Shown piece after piece: positions 1 through 13,540 of a DNA stretch of 64,000 bases. A model generated the notes under the pieces. It saw only the letters and a list, made by a program, of their open reading frames with translations. It made no database searches and was not told where the DNA came from. Position numbers and translations under genes: made by a program. The stretch lies in NCBI RefSeq assembly GCF_009914755.1, contig NC_060925.1, one strand, 5' to 3'. Origin of the DNA: the human T2T-CHM13v2.0 reference genome, Homo sapiens. Position 1 is the stretch's first letter. Every line of letters begins with the position of its first letter.

Positions 1-78
1 ATTGTACCTGCCTCATAGATTTATATAGGTATTAACTGTAATATGCCTAGAATAGTTGCAAGCACATAGTAGGCTCTT

Positions 79-363
<285 letters not shown>

Positions 364-619
364 AGGCTCTTATTATTATTTTTATTATTATCATATAAAT
401 CAGTGTTGCATGAAATTGCTCTTTAATTTACACTAAACTCTTAGATATTTTCTATTTAAATGTTTTCTAGTTTACTAAATTTCCTGTGCCTAATCGGCTG
501 CTAAAGCCCATCTATTAAGTGCTTAATTTTAGTTATTTATCTAGTATGGAATTTTCATTTTATTTCTTTTTACATTATAATTCTCCAGCTAAATTCCCAA
601 AGTAAAAAAAAAAAATCTA

Positions 620-968
<349 letters not shown>

Positions 969-1194
969 TTAACCATAGCTTATAAAGACTTTAAGTAATT
1001 CCAATATCTGGATCAACTTTGGATCTGTTTCTGTCATTCGATGTTTTGTCTTTTTGTTTGGGTATATCTCTTGTTATGCCAAAATTTGATTAAATATCTG
1101 ACAACTATAAAAGGCTTCAGATGATATCAGTTATCTCTGTCCAGAGAGGTCTTACCTTGCCTGCTAATGTGGTGATAGAGGAAGGGGAGGGAAT

Positions 1195-1254
1195 AGAGAG
1201 AGAGAGAGAGAGAGAGAGAATGTGAGTGACTGAGAGAGAGAGAGAGAGAGAGAG

Positions 1255-1292
<38 letters not shown>
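1195..1292. repeat. Compound (GA)n...(GA)n(GT)n microsatellite
   Basis: Direct reading. Confidence 0.95.
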
Positions 1293-1293
<1 letters not shown>

Positions 1294-1390
1294 TGGTATT
1301 GGTGGGTGCTCATCTTGGAGACGGGGCAGAGGTACAGTTCTGTAAGAGTCAGACCACCTCTGATTTGCTTCACTTTTAAGACACAGTCTT

Positions 1391-1687
1391 GGCCAGGCAC
1401 AGTGGCTCACACCTGTAATCCTAGCATTTTGGGAGGCCGAGGCAGGAAGATCACCTGAGGTCAGGAGTTCAAGACCAGCCTGGGCAACATGATAAAACCT
1501 CGTCTCTCCTAAAAATACAAAAATTAGCCAGGCATGGTGGTGGGTGCCTGTAATCCCATCTACTCGGGAGGCTGAAGCAGGAGAATTGCTTGAACCTGGG
1601 AGGTGGAGGCCTCAGTGAGCCAAGATTGTGCCACTGGACTCCAGCCTGGGCAATACAGCGAGATTCTGTCTAAAAAAAATAAAAAAA
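1391..1687 (+). mobile_element. AluS
   Basis: Alu consensus; TSD aagacacag. Confidence 0.9.
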
Positions 1688-2156
1688 GACACAGCCTCCC
1701 GGGTAATCCACGAAAGACCCTGGGGTGTTTACCAGTCCTCTTATCCTGGTGGAACCTGAACTCTAATCTTCTCTCCTTAGTAGTGTGGACTGCTGAAATA
1801 CTTGCTTTGCTTTTCCAGGGTTTCCTGATTAGCTTTTTAGCCTCCTGTGTCATATTACTTTAGAACTCAGGATATGTCCTTTCAGGGAAGTCCTGCCCTG
1901 ATCAGGCTCCATTCATCACGTGGTTCAGCTTTACTTGTCTGTCCTCCCACATTCAAAGCCTAAGACCCTGAATCATCATGTTTTATAATAAGTAAAAGAC
2001 AGCAAGGAAAAAAGGCACAAAGCACACTTTGTGTACATTTTTGAAGAGTGTGATTCTCTTTCTCCAGGCAGAAGATGTTCTTTCTCACTCTCACTCCTTA
2101 GTTCTCTGCCTCCACACTTACTGTGTTGTCTTTCCTGATCAACCTCTATGGAATGT

Positions 2157-2166
2157 ACATATATAT

Positions 2167-2211
<45 letters not shown>

Positions 2212-2227
2212 TACACACATATACATA
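2157..2227. repeat. (TA)n(CA)n microsatellite
   Basis: Direct reading. Confidence 0.95.
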
Positions 2228-2940
2228 TTTGTACTCAGTAACTCTGGTATAAATGGGCAGAAGGGCTTTGAGTTGAACACACTTTCAGAACCACCTTATA
2301 AAAACTCACTAGTACATTTGGCTGTTCATTCATTCATCAAATATGTATTATATGTACACTGTGCTAGGTCCGCTACTGGGTGCTCGGGTTCCAGAAGAGA
2401 ACAAAGCAGGAAGAAAAATTCCTGTCCTATAGAACTTATATTTTAATGGGAGGAGGCCAAAAATAAGTAAGTTATACCGTATAGGTGATATGTGCCATGG
2501 AGAATATTAAGGCAGGGAACATAGGAAATTCAGGAGTGGGGGTTTATTTGCAAGTTTAGATAGGTTGGTCAGGGAAGGTTTAAGAAAGTAACATTTGATG
2601 AAATGCTTTCGGAGGTAATAACTGGCCTAATTTTTTCTCTAAATAATATGAACAATAATAATTGTGTTGTAGAAGACTAAAGAGAAATAGTATTTCGTAT
2701 ATACCTTAATTAATATAGCTTAGTGCCAAGATACAAGAAATGGCCAATAAATGGTAGTTTTGTTTCCCAGTTATATGCCTCTAGCACTTTTAGACTGAAC
2801 TTCCAAAGGTCTTTTTCTTTTAATATGCTTTTAAAAACATTTAATTAATTGAAATTTGGTTGTGGCAAAAAGTTGCTTTTCTTGTTTCCCTGTTTTCTTC
2901 ACTAGAAGAAAAAGAGTCACCCAAAATTACATTATTCTCT

Positions 2941-3286
<346 letters not shown>

Positions 3287-3327
3287 CTACATATTTATGT
3301 ATTTGCAGTCAGTATTACCTGCCTTTT

Positions 3328-3332
<5 letters not shown>

Positions 3333-3369
<37 letters not shown>

Positions 3370-3376
3370 CGCGCGC
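3333..3376. repeat. (GT)n(GC)n alternating purine-pyrimidine tract
   Basis: Direct reading. Confidence 0.95.
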
Positions 3377-5233
3377 ATGTATGTGGGATAGAAGGGGTGT
3401 GTAGTTTTTCCATGTAACATTATCATATATTTTTACATTTTTCTACATTAATTTCTTACTTATTAAATGTCCATAGAATTTTTCTTCATTTTGATCAGCT
3501 ATGATTTTTAAAAATCCTCTTATAATTGGAAATTTGCGTCCTAATTCAGTAGCTACTAATTTCTCCCTACAATATATAAGGGAGATTTTAACTAACCAGT
3601 CAAAACCGATTTTACAGACAAGAGGATAGTAAAGGTTGCCTAGGTTGAATGACTTGACCGAAATTATACAACTAGATCATAGCAGAGGCAGGTGGTAGCT
3701 TAGAATGCATTCATCCATTCCTGAACTATTTACTGAGCTCCTACTCTGTGCCAGACACTGTGCTACCATCTGTGGGAAGCAAAATGGAAAGGGTCCTTGC
3801 TCTCATAGAGCTTAGATTCTGCGATTGTATAGGGGCATGGTAATAGACAAGTAAAAAATAACTTGATAAGATAGTTGTAGATTGTAAGAAGTGCTGCAAA
3901 TGAATAAACAGTAAATTGAGCATAACTGGGGTGGGGGACACTTCAGAGGGAGCCAGGGAAAGCCTTTCTGAGCCCAGGCTTGAAGGATAAGAATGTGGAA
4001 AAGAGAAGCAGCAAGTACAGTGGCTCTGCTGTGGGAAAGGGCTTGTGTGTTGGGGGAATAGAAGTTGTTTCTTTCAGAGTGTCTGGGTCAAACTAAGTGA
4101 AGAGCAGAATATTGTTAAATGATGCTGGAGAGGAAGACTAGGTGTTAAAGGGCCCCTTGGGAGCCACTGTGATATGTATGGACTTTATCCTCAGTCACAG
4201 GTAACACCAGTGGGAGGTTTTGAGCAGGGTTTTGTCTATGATCTTAGGTCCAGGCTGGAGGTTTTTCCTCTGTCTCATCAGCTTTCTGATTAGAACAATT
4301 ATGTTTCTATGGGTCTAGCTGCTTTTAGATGGTTGCCATCCCATGGCCATCACTCTTGAAGGGATGATTCCAGAAGCATCTACATGACTGGGCGGGGTGG
4401 TTTATGCATATAATCCCAGCACTTTGGGAGGCTGAGGCAGAGGATCTCGAGGCCAGGAGTTTGAGACCAACCTGGTCAACAGAGGGAGACCCTGTCTCTA
4501 TATTTTTAAAAAAAGAAGCATCTTCATATATTATGGGCTAATGTTAATAGATAAGATTTTCTTCTGAGGTAGGTGGAGTTGTGGAGAAAGAGGGAGGTGA
4601 AAGCTATTTATAGTGACTTAAGCATTAGCTGCACTGCTTCTAGGAAGCTGTTAATCATGACACAAGAACAGTTTTCCCGCATCTAGGGAGACTTGCACTT
4701 TTAGGGATGGCTTTCTTGGCAAGTGTTTACTATTAAGATAATAACAGCTCTATGAGGGAGAAGCATTAAGCTCATTCTAGTGACCTTTCTGCTGGCCATC
4801 AATTGTAATATGAAGTGAGCATCAGTAATATCGCTTGTGTGGGAAACAAAAACACCAGGTCCTGCTCTCTGGTTTTGACAAAAAAAGTTGACAAATTTAA
4901 CTTTATTTCTCTCTTGAGTTATATTTCCTGACCTGGAGAACATTAAAATATGGTTTCTCCCCAACCACTTTATAATGAACAAATATAATTTTTAAGGCAA
5001 GAGGGATGTACTGGGCTTTCCAAGAGTTATGGTGGATGTTACTGTTCAGTTACCAGGGCCGGTTCTTTGCTTTAAATATATTTTCTCCTATATTTCTAAT
5101 AGTAACCTTATTGGTCAGCAAGCATTTTCCCCTTCCCATTTTTAATATGGGAAACTTGACTGTCAGGCAGTAAAAGTAAATTGCCCAAGATCATATGCAG
5201 CTAGTAAGGGGGTGGAATTAGGAAACAAATCAT

Positions 5234-5330
5234 ATGCTTGCTTAGGCAGCACATATACTAAAATTGGAATGATACAGAGATTAGCATGGCCCCTGTGCAA
5301 GGATGACGCACAAATTCGTGAAGTGTTCCA
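5234..5330 (+). pseudogene. U6 snRNA retropseudogene with A-rich tail and 13-bp target-site duplication
   Basis: atgcttgcttaggcagcacatatactaaaattggaatgatacagagattagcatggcccctgtgcaaggatgac...gttcca matches U6. TSD aggaaacaaatca at 5220-5232 and 5371-5383. From memory possibly RNU6-414P (unverified). Confidence 0.93.
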
Positions 5331-6196
5331 GAACTATTAAAAAATAAATTTATAAAAAAATTTTCAAAAAAGGAAACAAATCAAGGGTTATCTGGCTTCT
5401 AAGCTGGCATCATTCTTTTTTCTTCTTTTAAATTTTAAATAGATAATATATGGGCAAGACGTACAATTTAAAAGGTATAGAAATATGTACTGCAAAAGGT
5501 GATTTTTTTCTCCCACCCCAGTCCTCTCATCCACAGAAGCAATGCTGTTATCAGTTCTCCAGGATGTAATTTTATACTTTGCTGCTCTCTTTTTAAGTGG
5601 AGAACGTAAGACACAGAATCAAATAACTATAGTAGCAGTGGTTACCTAGTAGTGCAGGTGGCATATCAGAAACATCCCAGGAGCTCTTTCAAAATACACA
5701 TGCCCTGTTTTGTTCCTCCTTGCTGATACTCTGATTCTGTAGGTTTGGGGTAAGGTTCCTAAAGGGAATTTTGATTCCTTTCTTGCCTCACTCCGTAGAG
5801 AATTATTATTCAGATACTGCTAAAATGCCTAATGTGTGTTCTAGAAGGATATTACTTCCTCAAGACAGATGGAAGCTTATTGGTAGGATGGCATTTGAAC
5901 TATGCTCTGAAGAATAGATTTGGAGTACAAATGAGTACAATGGGTATTTCAGGTGAAGGCACTACCGTGAACATAGGTAGGGGGAGAAAGCCAAATGCAA
6001 AGTGTTAGTTCAAGTATCAAAAATTCAGATATATCACATGGGCCAGGCAGGAAACATAAATTATATATAAAATGCTAAATAGCAACTGATGTTTGACCTT
6101 AGTATTAGGTGACTGAAGAGAACTTTCAATTTACTACTGTATAACAGAGTACCTGTTACACATTTTTTGAACATTCTGAATTAAAATTTTGGAGGG

Positions 6197-6497
6197 GACC
6201 GGGAGCGGTGGCTCACACCTGTAATCCTAGCACTTTGGGAGGCCGAGGTGGGTGGATCACCTGAGGTCAGGGGTTCAAGACCAGCCTGACCAACATGATG
6301 AAACCCCATCTCTACTAAAAATACAAAAATTAGCTGGGCATGGTGGTGTGCACCTGTAATCCCAGCTGCTGGGGAGGTTAAGGCAGAATCACTTGAACTT
6401 GACAGGCGGTGGTTGCAGTGAGCCGAGATCGCACCATTGCACTCCCGCCTGGGCAACAAGAGCGAAACTCTGTCTCAAAAAATATAAAATAAAATAA
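6197..6497 (+). mobile_element. AluS
   Basis: Alu consensus; TSD aaaattttgga. Confidence 0.9.
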
Positions 6498-7235
6498 AAT
6501 TTTGGAAGGGTGAGAAAAACAAAACATAAATGAAGCTCTAATGGATCGTTTGTTTTGTATAACCTCTGAGGGGGCACACCTAAGTTCGGAGGCCATCATG
6601 CTTGTGGTTTTCCATTACTTTAAAACTTGTAGCCTCATTCTTGAAAAGTTTGTTTTTTATTTATGGTAAATTTAGTAACTCCCTAATCTTTAAACATAAA
6701 TGGCTATTTAATACTTTGTGTGTGAGAGTTACAAGAACCAATCATGGGTTCTTTCTGTTCTGTTTTCTGTCAAGTTCAACATTTTTGGAAAATCCTTCCC
6801 CATCCCACCGACACCTTTTTGAAGCATACCTTTCCAGAAGTTTCTTCTCCCCCTGAAGCAATATCATTTATATTCCCGCTTAAGCATTTTGATATCCTGT
6901 TATAGTATCCTAAAAGTAAAGCTTTGAGCAAAAGGAATGGGCTGTAGTTTGTTTCATGATAGGTCTCGCCACTTGTGGGCAGAAGGCCTCAAGCCTTCTT
7001 GATCTCATTTGATCTTCATTTTTGCACTGACAGTAAAGCACACAATGGCCATGCTTCCCTTGAATACATTTCCTTGTATCCTTTACTTATATCAGGATCA
7101 TGAAAATCCTGTTGCTCATTAACTTTGTCAGTTTAAATAGAACCCCTCACAAAACGTTGAATAAGCATCAAAAAGCATGACATGCGGTGTGTGTGAAGGC
7201 ACCAGTCGTCTGTTTCACTCACTCTGTCATTTCAG

Positions 7236-7334
7236 CACTTGCTGCTAAGAACTCTGCATACTGAAAGGGGTGGACAACTAAAAGAGACAGATGAAATGCT
7301 TGATTTGTTTAGTTGCTAAATGCAGCTGGGACAG
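7236..7334 (+). other. Candidate alternative PATJ exon (99 nt); in-frame TAA at 7317-7319 directly followed by ATG CAG CTG GGA CAG (MQLGQ)
   Basis: Acceptor-like ctctgtcatttcag|CAC and donor CAG|gtaatt, in non-repetitive sequence. ATG at 7320 is in frame with exon 11760. Confidence 0.45.
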
Positions 7335-8372
7335 GTAATTAAACAGTCCTGCTCCCGCAGAGAAGCTTGCAGCAATGTAACATGAAATCTTAGAAACCCA
7401 GCTGTACTCAGATTTAGATTCAGAACTAATATTAGGTAGGCATCCTTCAGATTGACAGATTTCATAAGCATTGTTTCTGGTTTATTTGTTCAGCCTAATT
7501 GAAGATAGAGCATGTTTTGTTCACCATTTAAGTTTTCTAGGGAGCATGTGGTGTTTACAGATACCTGGGGGAATAGCCTAGAAGGCACAGCCCATGTCTG
7601 GAGGGCACGAGATGACATGGGTGAGCCTCTGCGAATCCTGACTCCAGCTGTTCCATGGAGGTGGGAATGGGGGTCATCATATGAATAGATGCGGATTGGG
7701 AGAGGATTGGAACCAGTTCTTGCCTTAACCCTTTTATCTTGTATGAGGGCATGTCATTATGTAAGTAGCAAAGATCTCTGTGTGTACAGTGGGATCTTTG
7801 TTTTAATTTGGACCCTTATTTCTATGCAGAAGTTGTTACCACCATTTACTCATTTGCTCAAACCAGAAATTTAGCAATTATCCTTTTTGCTCACCTCCCA
7901 CAGCCATCCCCCAGTAGGCTTTTTTGTAGGGCTGACTCACTGTTATCCCTCAAGTCTCACCTTAAGTGTCCCCTTCATTGTGGAGCCTGCTCTGACCAAC
8001 TTCCCAAAATGACCTCCACTAGTGGGGCTCTGATATCATAACCCTGATTCCTTCCTTGCAGCACTTAACACAATTAGTAACTGCTTGTTTGTTTTTCACA
8101 CAACGGTCACACATTCCTTGGATGCGTTTCCTTATATTCTTTGCCTATCATATCAGGACTGTGATAATCCTGCTGCTTGTTGATTGGTTGTTTATTTATG
8201 TATTTGCTTTGTCTACTTACCTTTTTGCCTATTTATTTGTCTGCCATGCTAGATGTTAGTTCTAGGAGGGCAAAGACTTCATCCTATATTTCCAGCTCAT
8301 AGCCCAATGCCTTGCACACAGTTTATACCCCGTACATATATGCTGAATATCATGTCCAAACTATATTATAGA

Positions 8373-9584
<1,212 letters not shown>

Positions 9585-9858
9585 GATGAGCTATGGTGGA
9601 TCCACTGGCAACTCTTTGCCCTGTAGCATCTGGCTCATAAACAAGGAAGGAAGACAGTTGGCAGAGATGAGTGGTAAACTGTTAATACAGAAGCATTTCT
9701 CTGAGAGCTTTTCCTCACCTCCTTTAGATGTCCTGCTACATGACACTAATATCTCCTTAGCTATCCATACCCATGATTTGGTACAATGACAGGAGAATGA
9801 AGTGGCAGCAGTGAGGAAGAAAGAAAGCACAAGAGAGGGAACGGGAGGAAAAACTATC

Positions 9859-10158
9859 TTTTTTTTTTTTTTTGAGGCTGAGTCTCGCTCTGTCGCCCAG
9901 GCTGGAGTGCAGTGGTGCAACCTCAGCTCACTGCAAGCTCCACCTCCCGGGTTTACTTATGCCATTCTCCTGCCTCAGCCTCCCGTGCAGCTGGGACTAC
10001 AGGCGCCTGCCACCATGCCCGGCTAATTTTTTTGTATTTTTAGTAGAGACAGGTTTTCACCGTGTTAGCCAGGATGGTCTCGATCACCTGACCTTGTGAT
10101 CCTCCCGCTCGGCCTCCCAAAGTGTTGGGATTACAGGCGTGAGCTATCATGCCCGGCC
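9859..10158 (-). mobile_element. AluY-like
   Basis: Alu consensus; TSD ggaaaaactatctt. Confidence 0.9.
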
Positions 10159-11046
10159 GGAAAAACTATCTTAGCCTTTCATTTAGAGAACTAGAACATC
10201 TTCTTGCCAGAGATGGTCGCAGATCCTGAAGTGCTTAGTGGTCAGGAGCACTTAATTTTCAGGAAATTATCCCAGGGCTAGAAGTCCCTCATGTGCGTGT
10301 TGAGGTCTTAGTCAGCCAGACTCCTTGCCACTTCACATTTGTCTGCATGTCTATAGTGAGACAGAAGTGAGCCTCAGATGTTGTCTGAAGGAAGGCCTGT
10401 GGCACTCTGGGGACTGAAAGCAGAAGACTGAGGGAGGTGGCAAGCTCAGGGATAGAAGATCACAGAGAAGAGGAAGAGAGCCACATGGTAGATGCACTGC
10501 CACCCTGTGTAGGGTTTTCTCCTTATAAAATATAGTTCGAGGTAGGTCTGGTGTTTTTTAGGTATCAGACTATTGATACAGGAAATGCAAATCATCATGA
10601 GTACCATTTACCGTATTTGAGATTATAAGGCCACAATGAGAAATCTTTAGTCTGTCTTTGAAAGTCAGGGGAATGGAGTTTGGTGAATGCCCTTGACTGT
10701 TACAACCAACAAAGATGGGTGCAACTGAGACACTCATCTCTTTACTCGACATTGGCTAGAGTTTCTCAGCCCTTGACTCGTATCTCAGCCCATATGAATC
10801 CTCACAGACCTAGAATGGATAAACGATTGCCTTTCCCAAATCGGAAATGTTTTCACTTAAGTTGGCTAGATGGAAAAGGACATCTTAAATGAGGCACTAT
10901 TTTTCATGGATTAGTTCAAATAACATTTAATGAGCCCATGTTTAGTGCCAGGTACTGTTCCAGGGCTGAAGTTATGGAGATTAAAGGTACAGACTCTGCA
11001 TTCAGGTAAGGAGTGGAAGAGGGACAGTCAAGAGACTAGGAATTCT

Positions 11047-11275
<229 letters not shown>

Positions 11276-11759
11276 TTCTAAGCCCAGTATGTTGTGAGAT
11301 GTGATGGAGATGTACAGAGGGCAGTCTTGAACCCCAGATGGAGGCTCATGAACTCAGGGCTTCCTGCCATGGTATTTAGTGTGAGTAGAAGTTAATTAGA
11401 TAATAAAGAAAAGTTAGGATGTTCTAGGGGATGGGGAGTCCCATAGAAAAGTGTAACACAGCATATATACTGGGGACTACGGAAGTGTGGACTGCCTGGA
11501 GCTTAGAATTGAAGGTAAGACTGTATACATCTGTCTCCTCATTTCCAGGGAATCCGGAAGGAAAAGAGGAGTGAGAACAAGATGACCAATGACTTCATAA
11601 TTTTACCTGAAGCTAATTTTCCTATTATTGTCCTCTTTTAGGATTTTGGTGATCTAATTCAAGAGGTGGGGTTTTTCACTTCAAAATAGCACTGGATGGA
11701 GGATGAATAGCCGGATGTGTCATTGTCATGTTTGATCATTGCTTTGTGTTTTGCTACAG

Positions 11760-11894
11760 CTGCTGCCTATTCACACTCTGAGGCTTGGTGTGGAAGTGGA
11801 TTCCTTTGATGGGCACCATTATATTTCTTCAATTGTTTCTGGTGGTCCTGTTGATACATTGGGTCTCCTACAGCCAGAAGATGAGCTGCTTGAG
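11760..11894 (+). CDS. PATJ: PATJ internal coding exon, first part of a PDZ domain (probably PDZ4): [45 protein letters not shown]
   Basis: Acceptor ttttgctacag|CTG and donor GAG|gtaaaa; 135 nt, phase 0-0. PDZ pattern (YISSI...GGP...[11 protein letters not shown]) continues in frame into the next exon (VNG). Peptide recognised as PATJ/INADL. Confidence 0.96.
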
Positions 11895-13048
11895 GTAAAA
11901 TTTATGGGGAAAGAAAGACACAGGCAAGAATCTGTAAGTTTTAGGAAAACGTGTTCTCATCACAAATCCCCTGAGTTATAGTGTCACCAATGCCAATGTA
12001 ATATGAGCCTCTTAGATTGAAAAAACCGAACAGCTTACTGGATGATAAAGGAAGTAGCTATGCTTTCAGTTTATTTTCCCCATCTTTGAGGCTCCTGAGA
12101 TGTTCTTTATTTAAATGAATGACTAGGAAAGAAGTTTGATAGCATATTAGTATTCTTTTTTAGCAAAATTTGAATCCCTGAGCCTTGTTGCAACATATAA
12201 CCACATTTATTTGCAGGTTTTATTGATTATTTCTAACAAGGACTACAGCTGAATGACCTCAGGCATACTGGTTTTCACGTTTTCTCCTTGGGACTTCTCC
12301 CTCAAAATGGCAGCCTCTATTGGGCTTGCCCAGGCTCTCCAGCCTCTCTTTAATCAAAGCAGTTCTAGAGCACCTCTGCTTTGAAAGGACTTTCTTGAGA
12401 GGAAAGGTCTTGGGGAATGGTCACACAAAAAGACTGCATAGAAGAGGGTTCTCCCAAGTGTTAGGATACACAAGAAGCCCTAGGTTGGATTCAATAGAAT
12501 CAACCTAGTAGCTTTAGCCAAGATCAGAATCCCATGGGCCTTGATTTTAGAGATTTTTTTTTTCTAAAATTTATGTTTGCTCATAGTGAAATGACAGGGA
12601 TACCAAGTAGGTCTCATGTTGTGTGTAATTGTAATTTATTAGTAGTGTCCAGCCACCTAAAGGAGTATAATGGGAAGGATTCTGGTTGAATTTCAATTTC
12701 AGAGGGAAAAGTGCTATGACTAGTTATCAAATTCTGTCATAAGCATGGGAGGGTAGGGTATTGGAGTCCTGTTTTAAGATGTAGTAAGTTGCTTATTTTT
12801 AGAGGTGTTCAAGGGAATGGTATTAGGTTGCTTATTGCAGATTAATGCCCTAAATTTTATTAGAATAATTATGCTTTCTTTTTGACCCAGCTTCTTATTG
12901 GCTGGGCACGGCCATATCTTTGTGGATATCATACATGATCATTTGTAGATTGGAAACTATTGCTGTAGTATGTAGTTATTACGTATTGAGAAATGAGATA
13001 TATTTGTTTGGGAGAAATGGAGGTATGAGTATAACCAATTTAATTCAC

Positions 13049-13540
13049 TTTTTTTTTTTTTCGAGACGGGGTCTTGCTATGTTGCCCAAGCTGGTCTCAA
13101 ACCCCTGAACTCAAACAATCCACCCACCTCAGTCTCCCAAAGTGCTGGGATTACATGTGTGAGCCACTGCACCCGGTCCACTTTTTTTTTTTTTGGTGGC
13201 AAAATATATATAACATGAAATTTACCGTTTTAACCTTTTTTCCTTTTTTTTTTTTTTTAGAGTCAGAGTCTCACCCTGTTGCCTGGGCTGGAGTGCAGTG
13301 GTGTGGTCATAGCTTACTGCAGCGTCAAACTCCTGGGCTCAAGCAATCTTCCCACCTCAACCTCCCGAGTAGCTAGGACCATAGCTGTGCGCCACCATGC
13401 CCTGCTAGTTTTAGTTGTTTTGCAGAGACAGGGTCTTGCTATTTTGCCCATGCTGGTCTTGAACTCCTGGCCTCAAGCAATTCTTCTACCTCGGCCTCCC
13501 AAAGTACTGGAATTACAGTCATTAGCCACCATGCCTGGCC
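13049..13540 (-). mobile_element. FLAM/Alu monomer plus AluJ
   Basis: Two adjacent minus-strand Alu sequences. Confidence 0.85.

Noticed and set aside
5234-5330. Functional U6 snRNA gene
   Set aside because: It has a TSD, an A tail, substitutions and a deletion, no recognisable PSE/TATA upstream and no oligo-T terminator.
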